Shown here piece after piece: positions 8,152 to 15,486 of a DNA stretch of 16,714 bases. A program made the position numbers and the translations under genes. The notes below the pieces were generated by a model. It saw nothing but the letters and a program-made list of their open reading frames with translations, searched no databases and had not been told where the DNA came from. Origin of the DNA: Elusimicrobiota bacterium (GTDB taxonomy: Bacteria; Elusimicrobiota; Elusimicrobia; UBA1565; UBA9628); contig DAHVNA010000033.1 of the NCBI GenBank assembly GCA_027319565.1, positions 4,982 through 21,695 of the forward strand, in the 5' to 3' direction. Numbering within the stretch: position 1 is the first letter of the stretch; each line of letters opens with the position of its first letter.

Positions 8152-10344
8152 TTATGGGCGGAGAAAAAAAGCCTTTGACAGGACAAAATTAACCGGGCCG
8201 GGAGCGTAAATTTGACCCAGAATCAAGGCCGACATCAAAATCGAGACGGCGTTGGTCAAGACCCAGTAAATATTGCCTTGGGCGAGGGCGACGACTAGGC
8301 TGAGCGCGCTGCCGGAAATGACTAAAACCGAAAGAAGCGGGCTCAGGCCTTCGGGAGATTTTCTTTCCGCGCGGTAGAGTTTTAAATTAGCGGCAATTTG
8401 AGGAATGTTTAAAACCGTCAAAAGCCCCAAAGCGGCCCCGAATAAAACCGCAGGAAAAGAAATTCCGCCGAGAACCGCGGCTAGAGAGCCCACGGCGACG
8501 GAAAGCGCGCTTAAAGCGCCCCGAACCCCTTTGTGATTGTAAAGGAGAATCTGGGAAATCAAGACCGAACTTTCCAATAGTCCCGAGAGATTGGAGGCAA
8601 CCCAAAAGGGGCTTGAGTGTTGGATCAGAGACAAACCCAGAAACAAGGCCGAAGCCGCCGCCCAAATCAATCCGGCTTTAAGCGACAAGTCCTTGGTCGC
8701 CGCCGACTTCCATCTGAAATTTTTGACGATCTGCGGAATTCCGGCGGCACTGAGAACGGTTGCTCCCGCCCCCCCCAAGGCTGAAACGGGATGATGCAGG
8801 ATGCTCGTCCAAGGAACTTCCGACAACGCCGCCATGCTTAATCCGCCCAAGGCAAAAGAGGAGGCCGCCCAATACTGAGCCTTTCTCTTCAAAGCGCTTT
8901 CTCTTTTCGGAGCCGGCAATCTCAAGAGTTCCCGCATCACTAAATCCGTTCCCGCAGTTCGCTCGCCAAGCCATAATACGCTGGGCGGCAGGGTTCCGCG
9001 CAAATCTTTTCCAACGCTAATTGACATCGACTTGGGAAAAGCCAAGGCCATCTTCGCGTCTCCCCCCATGGTTCCATTGGGAAAAAGATGGAACTCATCT
9101 CCGACAAAAAGAAGATTTTCTTCCGACACCGGAAATCCCTTTTCCCGCATCGCCGAATAAATCAGGGCCGCGCCCGTCCCTTTATCGAATTTATTGAAAT
9201 AGACAAAATCTCCGCCATGAATGACGGGAAAAAGAAGGCCACGGCTTTTGAGATTTCTATCCAAAAGTTCGGCGAAGGGAGTCGAACGCGGGTCCCCATG
9301 GCGATTAAAGCGCACCAGCATTTGAGACGGCAGGTCGCGGCTGATATTGACCTCTTTGGGAGAAATCTTTAACTCGGATAAGGCCTCATCTATGATGGAA
9401 GATATTTTCTCTTTCTCATCTTCGCTCCAGTCCCTGTCCAAATAGCGAACCGGCTTTCCATTTTTAAACGCGATAAATTCGCTTCCCGCACCGCCGACGA
9501 AAAAGAGATGACTCCGCAGGGATTCCGGAATTTGGCTGATCAAGGGTTCGATGGTGTTGGCGAAATTGGCGCTTATAGGCTGGCGATCAAAAGTGCGGCT
9601 AGTGATAATCGCGATCGGCCAACCCCGTTTAAGAAGAGTCTTAATTCCCTCAATCAAATTCTTCGCGGGCGGAAGGCTAATCCCCTGCTCGTTGACCTCG
9701 GTCAAGGTTTTGTCGTAATCGAAAAAAACGGCGGACGGCGGACGCTGACGCAATTGCGCCAAAATTTTTTCGCCGTCCAAGGGCGCCGGAATTTCTCCCG
9801 TTCCTGGATTTTGAATCTGTTTGGGAGAAGACGGCGAAAGGCGCGGCGAGGAATTTAAGGGGGTCGAATCGGGAAGAGAAATTAAATCAGAAGCGCTCTC
9901 TTTGACCTGACGACCGGAGACGATGCTCCAGATTCGGCGACCGACGGAAAAGGCGGAAAACCCGGAGGAAGGGTGCGACAGTTTTTTAACTTCCAATGAG
10001 ACGCCTTTCTGGGTTTTGAAAAGAGTTCTAGACCATGTAGAGAGCCGGGGCGAGGATGCGGCAACAGCCTTAGCGGCGCTTAGAGGAATTCGGGCCGGCG
10101 CGGGAGAGTTCGGTAAAGAAGATATCTGCGGCCCTTCCGTCTTAAGAGAAGCGGATTTTTCAACGGGTGCGGAAAGATCCAAGGTTGTGGGATTTTGACC
10201 TAGAGGCAAAGAAGAGAGGGCATCTCCCATTACAGGCGTGGGATTAACAATGTCTGGTTCAACAGGGCGTTCGGCCGCCAGGGCCCCGGATGAAAGGCTC
10301 CAGGACAGTAGAATCGAGAGAACAGCGGTGTGGCGAGTTTTCAA
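8152..10344 (-). CDS. Fusion protein: signal peptide, Pro/Ser linker, HAD-IIB hydrolase domain, C-terminal double PQ-loop (SWEET-like) membrane domain
   Basis: TTG start with GGGGGAGG SD. HAD motif I FFDYDKTLT (9706-9720), motif II IAIITSR, motif III FDKGTG, motif IV LFVGDE...GGD. Two PQ repeats GIPQIVKNFR..KDLS (PQ at 8731-8736) and NIPQIAANLK..EGLS (PQ at 8398-8403), each followed by two hydrophobic helices, the second with WVxxN. Confidence 0.82.
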   Translation of the reverse strand: MKTRHTAVLSILLSWSLSSGALAAERPVEPDIVNPTPVMGDALSSLPLGQNPTTLDLSAPVEKSASLKTEGPQISSLPNSPAPARIPLSAAKAVAASSPRLSTWSRTLFKTQKGVSLEVKKLSHPSSGFSAFSVGRRIWSIVSGRQVKESASDLISLPDSTPLNSSPRLSPSSPKQIQNPGTGEIPAPLDGEKILAQLRQRPPSAVFFDYDKTLTEVNEQGISLPPAKNLIEGIKTLLKRGWPIAIITSRTFDRQPISANFANTIEPLISQIPESLRSHLFFVGGAGSEFIAFKNGKPVRYLDRDWSEDEKEKISSIIDEALSELKISPKEVNISRDLPSQMLVRFNRHGDPRSTPFAELLDRNLKSRGLLFPVIHGGDFVYFNKFDKGTGAALIYSAMREKGFPVSEENLLFVGDEFHLFPNGTMGGDAKMALAFPKSMSISVGKDLRGTLPPSVLWLGERTAGTDLVMRELLRLPAPKRESALKRKAQYWAASSFALGGLSMAALSEVPWTSILHHPVSALGGAGATVLSAAGIPQIVKNFRWKSAATKDLSLKAGLIWAAASALFLGLSLIQHSSPFWVASNLSGLLESSVLISQILLYNHKGVRGALSALSVAVGSLAAVLGGISFPAVLFGAALGLLTVLNIPQIAANLKLYRAERKSPEGLSPLLSVLVISGSALSLVVALAQGNIYWVLTNAVSILMSALILGQIYAPGPVNFVLSKAFFLRP

Positions 10345-10373
10345 TCGAGTTCCTCCCCCAAAAAGATTAATCT

Positions 10374-10382
10374 ATTGTAGCA
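10374..10382 (-). promoter_or_regulatory. Extended -10 promoter (TGcTACAAT) for the HAD/PQ-loop gene
   Basis: Minus strand reads TGC TACAAT about 30 nt upstream of the TTG start, followed by a strong SD. Confidence 0.6.
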
Positions 10383-10401
10383 ACCAGAACTAAAAATGGC
10401 T

Positions 10402-10487
10402 TGGGTCAAAAGACCCAGAACGAACCCGGCAAAAGGCCTAACCCTTGAAGCCAAAAGGCCCAGAAACTTTCTGGGACCAAAGACCCT
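10402..10487. promoter_or_regulatory. Array of four 16-bp palindromic boxes (consensus TGGGNC-AAAA-GRCCCA) in the divergent intergenic region
   Basis: TGGGTCAAAAGACCCA (10402-10417, perfect arms), CCCGGCAAAAGGCCTA (10425-10440), GAAGCCAAAAGGCCCA (10447-10462), TGGGACCAAAGACCCT (10472-10487); start-to-start spacing 23, 22 and 25 bp. Confidence 0.7.
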
Positions 10488-10522
10488 TATAAAAAGGATA
10501 TGGATAAAGTCATAATCAAGCC

Positions 10523-11488
10523 ATGGACGCATTGAAGCGATCACTCATTTTATTTTTCCCGTTGGCATTGGGACCTTTGGCGCATTTATCTTTTGCGGCA
10601 AACCTAACGCCGTCGCGTTTTTCGGATTGTCCGTCTCTTCAAATTCCGGCGCTGACCAGTCTTGATTTAAAAAATCCGGCTTTAGATCTGGTTTCTCCGA
10701 TGGAAAACGCTTTTCAATCCCAAGAGGAGACTCTTGAAAAAATGGCGGGGCTCAAATTGCTCAAAGCCACAAAAATCCAAGAAGCGCGGCTTAAAGAAGT
10801 GATCGCTTTAGCCCAGACGACCCCCACGGGACGCCGGATTTTAAGGAAAATGAGGAAACTTGCCAGTCAATCTGGAAGTTACCCCATCGTTTTTTCCTCG
10901 CTAGGAAAAAATCTCGGACAGTATGATTATGCCTCTCAAACCCTCGAACTCAACCGCCAGTTTCTCCATGAGGACATAAGGCTATCGGTCTCAACCCTAA
11001 TTCACGAAATGACTCATATCCTCCAGCATTCCCAAAACGTGCCGGCGGAATCTCTTGAAATGGAACTTGAGGCATATTTGGTTCATATGAAAACTCTTAG
11101 GGAACTTAAAATGCCGGTCAAGGATTGGGATCCTTTCTCGCGACAGGCCTTTAAGCTCGTTAAAAGCGATCCTCAAAAATATATTGATTGGATGGCGGAA
11201 CAGCATCCGGGAAAGTTTCTCCTCAAAGACGGCAATAGCGAAGAACTCGCGGATTTCCAAGAGCAAGAACTTGAACGCCAAGATAAACTCATCGAGCATC
11301 TCAATCGAAAAATAGAAGAAAACCCCAAGGATATCAATCTCAAAAAGAAGAAAAAGCGCGCGCGGATTATTCTCTCCTGGATTGAAAGAGACATCGCTTT
11401 ACTGCGTTCCCCCAAGGCTTTGGCCCGCTACCGCCGGTTTTCAAAGCGCGTCCATTCGCTCCTGCGGCGCTTAAGCGATAGGCTATAA
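10523..11488 (+). CDS. Exported HExxH (gluzincin-like) putative metallopeptidase with a C-terminal coiled coil
   Basis: Signal peptide (MDALKRSLILFFPLALGPLAHLSFA), TPTGRRIL, GQYD...LELN, TLIHEMTHILQ, downstream ELEAY (candidate third zinc ligand), and a charged helical C-terminus. Confidence 0.75.
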   Translation: MDALKRSLILFFPLALGPLAHLSFAANLTPSRFSDCPSLQIPALTSLDLKNPALDLVSPMENAFQSQEETLEKMAGLKLLKATKIQEARLKEVIALAQTTPTGRRILRKMRKLASQSGSYPIVFSSLGKNLGQYDYASQTLELNRQFLHEDIRLSVSTLIHEMTHILQHSQNVPAESLEMELEAYLVHMKTLRELKMPVKDWDPFSRQAFKLVKSDPQKYIDWMAEQHPGKFLLKDGNSEELADFQEQELERQDKLIEHLNRKIEENPKDINLKKKKKRARIILSWIERDIALLRSPKALARYRRFSKRVHSLLRRLSDRL

Positions 11489-11499
11489 TTTCTAAATCT

Positions 11500-12522
11500 A
11501 TGGCTCTATCCTTGGGCACGCTCAAGCTTTCATCTTCCATCATCCAATCTCCCATGGCAGCCTGCACCGATCTTCCCTTTCGCTTGATCGCGCGGGAAAA
11601 AGGCCTCGGGTTCTCTTTTCTGGAAATGGTTTCGGCCCAAGCCCTGGTCCGGGATAACGCCAAAACTAAATTACTCCTTCAAAGCTCTCCGGAAGATCGC
11701 CCTTTAGGAGCGCAGCTTTTAGGTTGCGACCCGGCAATTATGGCGGAAGCGGCGCGCATCATTGAAGACATGAATTTCGATCTTCTGGATTTAAATCTCG
11801 GGTGCCCGGTCAGAAAGGTGGTCTCTAACGGAGAAGGGGCAGCCCTCCTAAAAGAACCCCAGAAAGCCGAAACCGTTTTTAAAGCGGTTCGTGCCGCGGT
11901 CAAAAAAATCCCGCTGACCGTCAAGATGCGGGCGGGTTTTGAAGATCCCAGCGGAGAAGAAGCCTCCGCCATCGCCCAAAGGGCCGAGGCCTGCGGCTTT
12001 GACGCCGTCACCGTCCACGGAAGAACTCAAAAACAAGGATATTCCGGAAAAGCCGACTACGCGGCTATCGGAAAAGTTAAAAAGGCGGTTAAAATTCCGG
12101 TCATCGGAAACGGAGATGTCGTCGACGAAAAAGCGGCCAAGGACATCCGCTCAATGAGTCAATGCGACGGAATTATGATCGGCCGCGGGGGATTGGGAAA
12201 CCCGTGGATTTACCGCAATCTCGATGCGGCGATAAAAAACGACGATTCTGAAATTCACATTCCTCCCGTTAAGGAAAGAATGGAAACCCTCATCAAGCAT
12301 TTAAGCCTTGAACGCTCTCTTTTAGGCGACCGCCAAGCCGCGCTTAACTGCCGTCGCATCGTCGTTTGGTATACCGCGGGTCTGCCCAACTCAAAAGCCC
12401 TGCGCGGAGAAGTGTGCCGCACCAACGATATGGATGAGATTATTTCAATGGTCGGAGATTTTTTTAACGCGCTTCCTTTAAACGCGCCGCCGCCTCAAGC
12501 GCCATTACTACTCTCGGAATAA
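11500..12522 (+). CDS. dusB: tRNA-dihydrouridine synthase, DusB/NifR3 family
   Basis: SPMAACTDLPFR, EMVSA, QLLGCDP, DLNLGCP (catalytic Cys), PLTVKMRAG, VTVHGRT, IPVIGNGDV, DGIMIGRGGLGNPWIY. TATAAT at 11484-11489 lies upstream. Confidence 0.95.
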   Translation: MALSLGTLKLSSSIIQSPMAACTDLPFRLIAREKGLGFSFLEMVSAQALVRDNAKTKLLLQSSPEDRPLGAQLLGCDPAIMAEAARIIEDMNFDLLDLNLGCPVRKVVSNGEGAALLKEPQKAETVFKAVRAAVKKIPLTVKMRAGFEDPSGEEASAIAQRAEACGFDAVTVHGRTQKQGYSGKADYAAIGKVKKAVKIPVIGNGDVVDEKAAKDIRSMSQCDGIMIGRGGLGNPWIYRNLDAAIKNDDSEIHIPPVKERMETLIKHLSLERSLLGDRQAALNCRRIVVWYTAGLPNSKALRGEVCRTNDMDEIISMVGDFFNALPLNAPPPQAPLLLSE

Positions 12523-12524
12523 CC

Positions 12525-13331
12525 TTAAATAAAGAACGCCAAAAAGGCGTTGAGGCGCCGGGTTAAGGACATTAAAAGGCCGGAGTACTCGACCGCCTTG
12601 GGATAAGGCGTCATCTTGCGAACCGTTTCGCTGGCTGAAATCGGAATAGTAAAGTAAAAAGTCGCGCCCAGCCCCGGCCAACTCTCGGCCCAAATGCGCC
12701 CGCCGTGAAGTTCGACCATCATCTGAGACAAGCTAAGCCCGAGTCCGGTTCCTTGTCCGGCGTCGGTATGGCTGGCCTGGACAAAGGGCTTAAAAATTTT
12801 TTCCAACTCGTCTTGCGGAATTCCCTTGCCCGTGTCTTTAACTTTAAAAACAATCGTCCCTTCATGTTCAAAACGTCCCATGTCGGCCGAGACCGTCACC
12901 GTTCCGCGCGGAGGGGTGAATTTGACGGCATTGGAAATTAGATTAGTCAAAACCTGGACAATGCGTTGAGAATCCGCCTCGATTCGCGGAAGAGGAATCG
13001 GGCAGTCGCGGTTTAAGCGCACGCCATGAGCCAAGGCAAAAGACTGAAGTCCCTGAACCGCTTCTCCGATGAGATTTCTGACATCGCACAATTGCCAGTT
13101 AATCTTCATTCCGCTGTGGGAGGCCTTGGAATAATCCATGACATCATCCACGAGATCTTCTAGTCGCCCGGCGCTGCGAATGGCCAAATCCAGCATCTGC
13201 CTTTCCTGCGGGCTTAGGCGGCTTTTCGCCTGTTCATTGAGAAGCTGAAGCCCCAGACGCAGGGAAGTCACCGGCGCGCGAAGCTCATGGGTCAGGCAGG
13301 CCGGATCAAGAGCTTGGGTCTTTCTCTCCAT
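12525..13331 (-). CDS. Orphan histidine kinase (HisKA plus HATPase_c) without a sensor domain
   Basis: H-box THELRAPVT at residue 15, N-box QVLTNLISNAVKFT, G1 VKDTGKGIP, F-box IFKPFVQ, G2 GTGLGLSLS, HGGRIWAES..GLGATFYFTIP. Confidence 0.93.
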   Translation of the reverse strand: MERKTQALDPACLTHELRAPVTSLRLGLQLLNEQAKSRLSPQERQMLDLAIRSAGRLEDLVDDVMDYSKASHSGMKINWQLCDVRNLIGEAVQGLQSFALAHGVRLNRDCPIPLPRIEADSQRIVQVLTNLISNAVKFTPPRGTVTVSADMGRFEHEGTIVFKVKDTGKGIPQDELEKIFKPFVQASHTDAGQGTGLGLSLSQMMVELHGGRIWAESWPGLGATFYFTIPISASETVRKMTPYPKAVEYSGLLMSLTRRLNAFLAFFI

Positions 13332-13362
13332 GCCCTTAAGATAACTAATTGGTGTTACAAGC

Positions 13363-13818
13363 TTATTGCGGCTTTGAGCGAACCATCAGGGACCAAACGC
13401 CGCCCTGGACGATATCGGAATGTTGGTTGGAGAGATCCGCATTTAAAAGGACAAAACCTTGGGCCGGGCCCACGCGCTTAAGCTTGAAAACTTCCATCTT
13501 CAAAGAAACGGCGTCTCCAATGAAAATCGGTTTTTTAAATTTCCATTCGCCGCCGGTAAAAGCGATGATGGTCTCTCGAATGATGCCGGTCTCATGCAAC
13601 AGCCCGCTGGCCACCGAAAGACCTAAAAGCCCGTGCGCGATTTTTTTCCCAAAAGGGCTTTTTCGGGCGAAGGCCTCGTCAAAATGGAGGGGATTCATGT
13701 CCCCCGAGACGCGACCGTAGTCCTCAATCATTTTTTCAGTCACGGTCCTCGAAACGGGGCTGGTAAAAATTTGTCCGACAGAGAAGTCTTCAAAATAAAG
13801 GCTTTTCATATTTCCCAC
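13363..13818 (-). CDS. MaoC-family (hot-dog fold) enoyl-CoA hydratase/dehydratase
   Basis: LYFEDFSVGQ, RTVTE, hydratase motif SGDMNPLHFDEAFARKSPFGKKIAHG, FKKPIFIGD. Start is either GTG 13818 or ATG 13809. Confidence 0.92.
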   Translation of the reverse strand: MGNMKSLYFEDFSVGQIFTSPVSRTVTEKMIEDYGRVSGDMNPLHFDEAFARKSPFGKKIAHGLLGLSVASGLLHETGIIRETIIAFTGGEWKFKKPIFIGDAVSLKMEVFKLKRVGPAQGFVLLNADLSNQHSDIVQGGVWSLMVRSKPQ

Positions 13819-13874
13819 TTATATAGGATATCTCAATTTGCGCGCCGTTCACAAATCCAATCGGCGATGACATC

Positions 13875-14354
13875 TTAGGCGGCCTCAAAATGGAGAATAT
13901 CGGAGAGTTTGCCTTGGCGATTTTCCGCAAAAACAGGTTTGACTCGAATGCCGATGGCTGGCGGCCAATCGGGATCGACTTTAAGAAAATGTTGAAACTG
14001 GGTCGAAGCCCCATCCAAAAGGATGAAGGCATATCCGTAGGGAACCGGCTTTTTCTCTCCGGTTTCCGGATCGATAAACGGAAAGCGTAAAATCGTAAAG
14101 GCCGACAATGTCCCCATGGGACCGACCTCGACCCACTCATCCATTGTTTTAAAGCAAGGCCCGCAAATTTTTCGCGGCGGAACGTAGACCTTTCGGCAAG
14201 ACGGACAGCGCAGCCCCAAAAATTTCATATGATCTCGGAGCTGGGCAAAAAACCGGCTTCCCTCCATCCCAACGGAATACTGAAACGGCTGAAAAGCGTC
14301 ACCGCTCTCGATAAAGACAAAATCAGATCGTTTAAGACGGTTTTTCTGAACCAT
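13875..14354 (-). CDS. DUF35-type Zn-ribbon/OB-fold acyl-CoA-binding protein
   Basis: YSVG...SRFF..LRD, CPSC...VYVPPR..CGPC zinc ribbon, GTLSAFT, ILLDGAST.F.H, GIRVKPVF...RQG..SDI.HF. Confidence 0.92.
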   Translation of the reverse strand: MVQKNRLKRSDFVFIESGDAFQPFQYSVGMEGSRFFAQLRDHMKFLGLRCPSCRKVYVPPRKICGPCFKTMDEWVEVGPMGTLSAFTILRFPFIDPETGEKKPVPYGYAFILLDGASTQFQHFLKVDPDWPPAIGIRVKPVFAENRQGKLSDILHFEAA

Positions 14355-15486
14355 AAATTAAAATGTCAGACCAGAAACATCCTCCAAATCCCGTCGACAA
14401 AGCCTTTTTGACTCCCTGGGCTTGGCGCTCGCCCGCCCGCCCCATGATTTGATGCGCGCATTCAGCCGCGCGAATAAGCCCGGTCGCTCCGATGGGGTTG
14501 GTCGATAAAACCCCGCCGGACAGATTAATCGGAAGAGATCCTCCCGCGTCGGTAACGCCGTCCCAAATTAATTTCGCCCCTTCGCCGGGCTTGGCTAGTC
14601 CCAAGGCCTCAATCCAAGATAAATTAGCGAAGGAATAGGGAGTGTAGAGTTCCATTAAATTGATTTCTTTTAACGGCTCTTTAATTCCGAGTTTCGCGTA
14701 AAGTTCTTGCGAGGCCAAAACAAGGGACTTGAGCGGATACCAATCGACATCGCCTAAATAGGCGTAGGGATGGCGGTTGGCCGCCCCTAGAATCCAAGCG
14801 GGCTTGGGACAAATTTTTTCGGCGTAATCCTCATTGGCGAAAATAACCGCGCAGGCGCCGTCGGTTCGCGGACAAATGTCCAAGGCCTTGATCGGATCCG
14901 ACAACAGGGGAGCGCGCAAAACTTCCTCAATGGTCACTTCTCTTCTCAAATGCGCGTGGGGATTTTTAACGGCATGCTTGCGGTCTCGGATGACCGCTCG
15001 CGCCGCGTCTTTTTCGGTGACGCCAAATTTCTTCATATACGCCGAGGCCTCCACCGCAAGGCCCGAAATCGCGCCGGCAAAGACCAGGCGATCCCACACC
15101 GGATCAAAGGCGGTCGTGATCGCTCCGGTGGTATCCGATTCGGAATTTTTTTCCCAGCCGATGACCAAAAGCTTGTTGAAAAGCCCCGAGGCGGTTAAAT
15201 GATATCCCCCAATTGCCAGCGTGCTTCCGGTGGTGCCGCCGGTGGTGAGTTTGATCGTGGGTTTTAAAATGCCGCCGTTTCCGGAAATCGACCACAGCTC
15301 AACGCCGTTAATTCCTTCAAAATGGTCCATATTCCCGATGACGACCCCGTCGATATCCTCCATCGTCAAATCCGCATCCTCAAGCGCGCGGGAAACCGCT
15401 TCATGAATCAATTCAATTCCGGTTACGTCAAAACGATTTCCGTTGTGATCGGTCTGCCCACAGCCGACAATGGCGGTTCTTTTCAT
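14332..15486 (-). CDS. Thiolase-superfamily (SCP-x type) protein, Ltp3-like, lacking the acylating Cys
   Basis: Start reassigned to the ATG at 15486 (MKRTAIVGCGQT; TAATG coupling with the upstream stop). TTGGTTGST replaces the usual CASG; also NPHAHLR, CPRTDGACAVI, LPINLSGGVLSTNPIGATGLIR. Confidence 0.88.
   Translation of the reverse strand: MKRTAIVGCGQTDHNGNRFDVTGIELIHEAVSRALEDADLTMEDIDGVVIGNMDHFEGINGVELWSISGNGGILKPTIKLTTGGTTGSTLAIGGYHLTASGLFNKLLVIGWEKNSESDTTGAITTAFDPVWDRLVFAGAISGLAVEASAYMKKFGVTEKDAARAVIRDRKHAVKNPHAHLRREVTIEEVLRAPLLSDPIKALDICPRTDGACAVIFANEDYAEKICPKPAWILGAANRHPYAYLGDVDWYPLKSLVLASQELYAKLGIKEPLKEINLMELYTPYSFANLSWIEALGLAKPGEGAKLIWDGVTDAGGSLPINLSGGVLSTNPIGATGLIRAAECAHQIMGRAGERQAQGVKKALSTGFGGCFWSDILIYGSEKPS

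Noticed and set aside
10402..10487. Possible mini-CRISPR or terminator array
   Set aside because: Units are 16 bp, degenerate and separated by only 6-9 bp, with no cas genes. The location between divergent 5' ends fits operators, not terminators.
10341..10544. 67-aa minus-strand ORF across the divergent intergenic region
   Set aside because: It spans both promoters and the operator array, overlaps the start of the plus-strand gene, and has no recognisable motif.
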